This document shows positions 60,092-64,000 of a stretch of 64,000 nt of DNA, one piece after another. Every line of letters starts with the position of its first letter. Position 1 is the first letter of the stretch. Both the position numbers and the translations under genes were made by a program. Source of the DNA: Podarcis erhardii. Its lineage: Eukaryota. The notes beneath the pieces are model-generated. The model worked only from the letters and a program-made list of their open reading frames with translations, was not told where the DNA came from and ran no database searches. The stretch lies in assembly GCA_964252035.1 (NCBI GenBank), contig OZ176207.1, one strand, 5' to 3'.

Positions 60092-62175
60092 CATTATATC
60101 ATTACTAGGCAGTGATTAACATTGCATAATGAAATAGTGAGGATTGTCAGTCTATTGAAATTAAAATTTGCTGCCCAAAATCAGGCAACATTGCAAACAT
60201 GTTTTATCCTATGAGTCTCTTCCCTTGGCTTATGAGTCTAACCCAGGAAGTCCAGAAGCTTGGGATGTAAGTGGACAGGCTAAGCAGACAAGACTAGATA
60301 GGACTTAGGGAACATGTGGCTGCTGACAAGTGCCCACAACTTATATTAGTTAATTAGGTTGTGCCAGGATTTTGGGGGTTAGGGGAATGTTTCATTTACC
60401 TTTTTTGCTGCTGTATGTCCTGATTACCTCAAAATTGGGGGGGGGGGCGATATTCCTCCCCTTCACCTCTGCTCGGTGGGCAAACACTTTTGCCTATGTT
60501 TGCATCTGCTTCTGAAATTGCTTTTGCAGGGGTTTAAAGAACCACCGTGCTCTCCCCTCCCTTTTGAGTCCTGTATTTCGTAGGCATTTATACAGCTTGT
60601 GTTTGGCAATTGATGTTACACCTTAACAGTCTACTGAAATAATGTTTTCACAGTGTTTGAATTTAGGTGTATATGGAAGACTGGTAATGTGCCTATGGAT
60701 TTCTTTTTTATTTTATTATTGCATGTTAACTTGGAGCTTTGCCTTCTCTGTTTCTCTCTTTCACTAGAAGCCATTAAACACAGATACTTGCTGAATGTGC
60801 CTACTGCATGAAAGCTTTAATTAAATCTACAAGCTGAGCCTTAAAAAGAACAAGAATCAAATTAATTGTAACCAGGGCTGTGCATTTGTTTCAGTGACAG
60901 GCCTTTGCGCTTTGGAGAAAGTGCAATCTGTGTACCCTTATCTGAATTAGTAATTTCAATATCACTTTTCATTAGCATGGTAGGTCATTGCCGTGTGTCT
61001 TCTGTCTAACACTGTTTGCCTCACAAATAGAGTCTGTTCCAACCACTTTGCCATAGGATTCCATAGCTGTAAACCCATGAAGTGGAATAAACTCTTTTTC
61101 AGCTTTCTGCACCATTGGTTTTTGTGAGTTCTTCTCCAGACTGAGCTTCCTAATTAGGCGACAGCATAATTAAGGCAAATGCAGGATATGCAAATATGGC
61201 AACTGGATTTATAGCAGATTAGGGTTATTATGCTGGGCTAGAGATAAATTAATTTATAAGCATCATTATTATTGACTTTTCAATGACCTAAAGGCAAAAG
61301 TCTATATAATGTAAGATTAGATTGTGGGCTTAAAAATATAGTCAAAAGAGAGCAAGTATTGAACCAGGCCTGCTTCCACAGGTCTTTTAAAAATGAAAGC
61401 ACCTGTAGACATTATCATGCAAGTATTCAGCAATTGTTTAAATCAGTGTCAGGTGCTATTTATCTACTGCTTCTCTATCTGTTCCTCTGCGTAACATAAA
61501 TCAAGATGCACATTTTGAAATCACACTTTCAAGGGAAAGGCCATTTTAAATCTGATAAGGTGCCTAGACTGCAGGGAAACTCATTTATTTAATAACAATG
61601 TGCATGTTAAAGTCTGCTCCAAGTTTGGAGGCATGCCCTAAGGATAGGAGGTCCTATCCTGCACAGGTAGATATAAAATTGCTTTCTCTTCTCCCACAAA
61701 TTGCCACCACAGAGGGTCTGATCAGGCCCCTGGCCTGGAGGATTGAGGACTTTAATGAACGGGACCATTTTCACCATGCAAATTGTAGGCTCTATTTTGA
61801 TTGCAGTTGTAGCACGGGAGCAATGGGTTTAAAAAAACCTACATCCCATAGTCCCAATCCATATCAAAGGTCAACATAGGCAGGGTTTTGTTTTGTTGAG
61901 GGTCGGGAGAGGAAGGGAGTGAGGCCTCCACTCAAGGGCAGAACAATGCAGTTAAGGGCATCTGGTATTTAGTCCTTAGGGTCCCAAATATTTGTATTTT
62001 GCTATTTTTCACTGGTTATTTATTGCTTATTTGTTATAAGGTGTCCTTCTGTTTGGATATACTTCATGCCAGGTTGCAATAGATTTTCTTCATCTGAAAT
62101 ATTAAACAAATTCAGTTATGATGAACCATAACTTTGATTTCCTTCAACTGAAGGGGCAGAATTTTCATATTTACC

Positions 62176-62395
62176 AGAGCTGGTATATCATAGTGGTTAG
62201 AGTGTTAGACCAGAACTTGGGACACCAGGGTTCAAACCGCCACTCAATCATTAAACTCTTTTCTAGGCTTTGGGCCAGTCACTATCTCTTAGATTGACCC
62301 ACCTCACAAAGTGGTTGTGAGGATGAAATAAGGGGGGAGCACGTATACCACCTTGAGCTCCTTGAAAGAACATACATCAAATAAATAAATAAAAT
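62176..62395 (+). mobile_element. Squam3/MIR-derived SINE
   Basis: tagtggttagagtgttagac (A box), gggttcaaaccgcc (B box), ttgggccagtcac, cacctcacaaagtggttgtgagg and an (aaat)n tail. Confidence 0.8.
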
Positions 62396-63114
62396 ACCTG
62401 TTTCGCTTATTATCTGCAGCCAATATATTTTAAAGAGTGCGTAGCAAACAACCCAGTAGAAGGGAAATGAAGCTATTAAGTATCCAATTTTGTGGTGGCC
62501 ACCCTGAAATACTACAGTATGCCTATTTTCTAGGTTTGAATATGTGGGCTGCAGTGATAAATATGCTTACTAGGCAGTAATCCGCCCCCCGCCAGAAGAC
62601 AGTAAGCCTTGCATATGAATAAACATGAATAGTATCGCACTGTTTGTGACTCATTGAAATACATTTTAGTAATCTGCCATAATAATAACAACTTAGTAGT
62701 TGCCTATCCAGCTTTACTGGATATTCATTTTAGTGTGGGATTAATGTAAAATTGGAAATGTCATTTAATGTAATTGGTTACATTAGTGGAAGCATTATTT
62801 ACGGAAGGTTTTGTTATTGTTAGGGTCATGCCATCAGGCAATCAAGCAAATGAGATCAAACTAGTGAACCTTAGGAAAATAAATTAACCTCAACAATAAA
62901 TAAAAGGTTAGTATCCACTGCAAGCACTCCCAAACTAGCTAATCTTGATTAATTGTATATTTCACTTTAGGCTATAGATCCTCTTTAAAATGCTATTCAG
63001 ATTATTAATGCATGATGCCATTATATTAATGTAGACTAAAAGTAATGCTTCTTATTTTTGCTTATTAAAGAAAAGTAGTTATCTAATTGGCTTATCAGCA
63101 TCAAATTAGCTTGC

Positions 63115-63205
63115 TATTTATATTTATTTATTCTTACCCTTTCTCCAAGGAGTTCAGGGTTCTATGCACAAAAGTTACCAATTTTATCTTCACAACAGCC
63201 TTGGG
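63115..63205 (-). mobile_element. 3' part of the same SINE family
   Basis: atttatttattcttaccctttctccaaggagttcaggg...ttttatcttcacaacagcc. Confidence 0.65.
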
Positions 63206-63586
63206 TGGGCATTTGGCCATAGAACTCCTCAATCCATAGCTTTGTTAAGAGGTTTATATGTTCTTTGGTGTATTTTGTACTTTCTGTGAGTTGCCACATT
63301 TCTAGCATACTTGAAGGTTAGAATGTTTTTTCTTATACTATCATTCATTGCAATGTCTGCTTCTACTTTTCCATTTTAAGAGTGCAACTACTGTGACCCC
63401 AGAAGCCAGTATCCACTCATTGCAGGTGCTGTGTTTTGTGTTCTAGGGCACAGCATGATATAACTATAAAAGTAAAGCACATTACTTGTCATGGTGGTTG
63501 AAATAACATTTTTACAGCATGACGGCCTGACAGCTTCTTGTTGTATCTAATTAACTAGAAATGCCTGTATAATTTTAGCTGTACGG

Positions 63587-63589
<3 letters not shown>

Positions 63590-63625
<36 letters not shown>

Positions 63626-63629
63626 TCTC
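63590..63629 (+). repeat. (CT)n microsatellite
   Basis: Direct reading. Confidence 0.95.
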
Positions 63630-64000
63630 CCCACCCCTCCACTTTCCATTCTGGGACCACCATGCAGGTGGCAACTGCAAGAATTTTCCATGCTTTATTT
63701 CCCTTTGAGTGTTGGGGTTTTTTGTTTTGTTTTTTAAGCTTTTCATCTTGTAAACTAAAAATAAATGATTTGCCAGGATCAGATTGAAATTAAGGGTTGA
63801 TTCATAAATGTTAAAAAAAAGTAATTATGTACATTTTCATTAATTATTGCATGGGTACTTTTGCATGCAAGAACAAACTGCTGAGTACTTCAGTTTTTTA
63901 TGCATATATGAAGGCATCTGATTGAACAAAGCTGAGATATTTTCTTACTAGATGATAGACACAGGATGTAACTAACATTTTGATTAACTTGGTGGGGGAG

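Noticed and set aside
56629-64000. Next PTPRM exon (expected KLAKKRKETM...)
   Set aside because: Not found; it must lie beyond the window.
1-64000. CRISPR arrays, operons, rRNA or functional tRNA genes, intact transposases
   Set aside because: None seen; the DNA is vertebrate intron, tRNA-like stretches are SINE heads, and all LINE ORFs are broken.

Overview
Vertebrate genomic DNA (intron-dominated, CpG-depleted). It is the middle of PTPRM (receptor-type tyrosine phosphatase mu, type IIB RPTP) on the + strand. The repeat content (Sauria SINEs, squamate MIR-derived SINEs, L2/CR1/RTE LINEs, hAT and Tc1/mariner MITEs) points to a squamate, probably a lacertid lizard; this is inferred, not proven. 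Six coding exons with GT-AG boundaries join in one frame: 910-1012, 22693-22966, 24020-24056, cassette 33258-33332, transmembrane exon 49379-49511 and cassette 56599-56628. Together they read ...[51 protein letters not shown]...QAASRANG-ETKIDCVRVATK-[AAIIVTQLTTPYIRIAPAAGDDQLT][45 protein letters not shown][RSYHSYTYYL]. The gene starts before and ends after the window. The rest is intron with many transposon relics, microsatellites and a 132-N assembly gap. Almost all ORF-track entries are noise or TE fragments. I see no convincing wholly new biological system. The best leads are: the two frame-preserving cassette exons flanking the membrane with their RBFOX/NOVA/QKI motifs; a CpG-rich, promoter-like LTR/Ngaro-type element family with sense-strand poly(A) signals; a phase-symmetric exon block that would make a stop-free circRNA; and nested or fused transposons. 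Repeat family names are from pattern recognition, not database searches.
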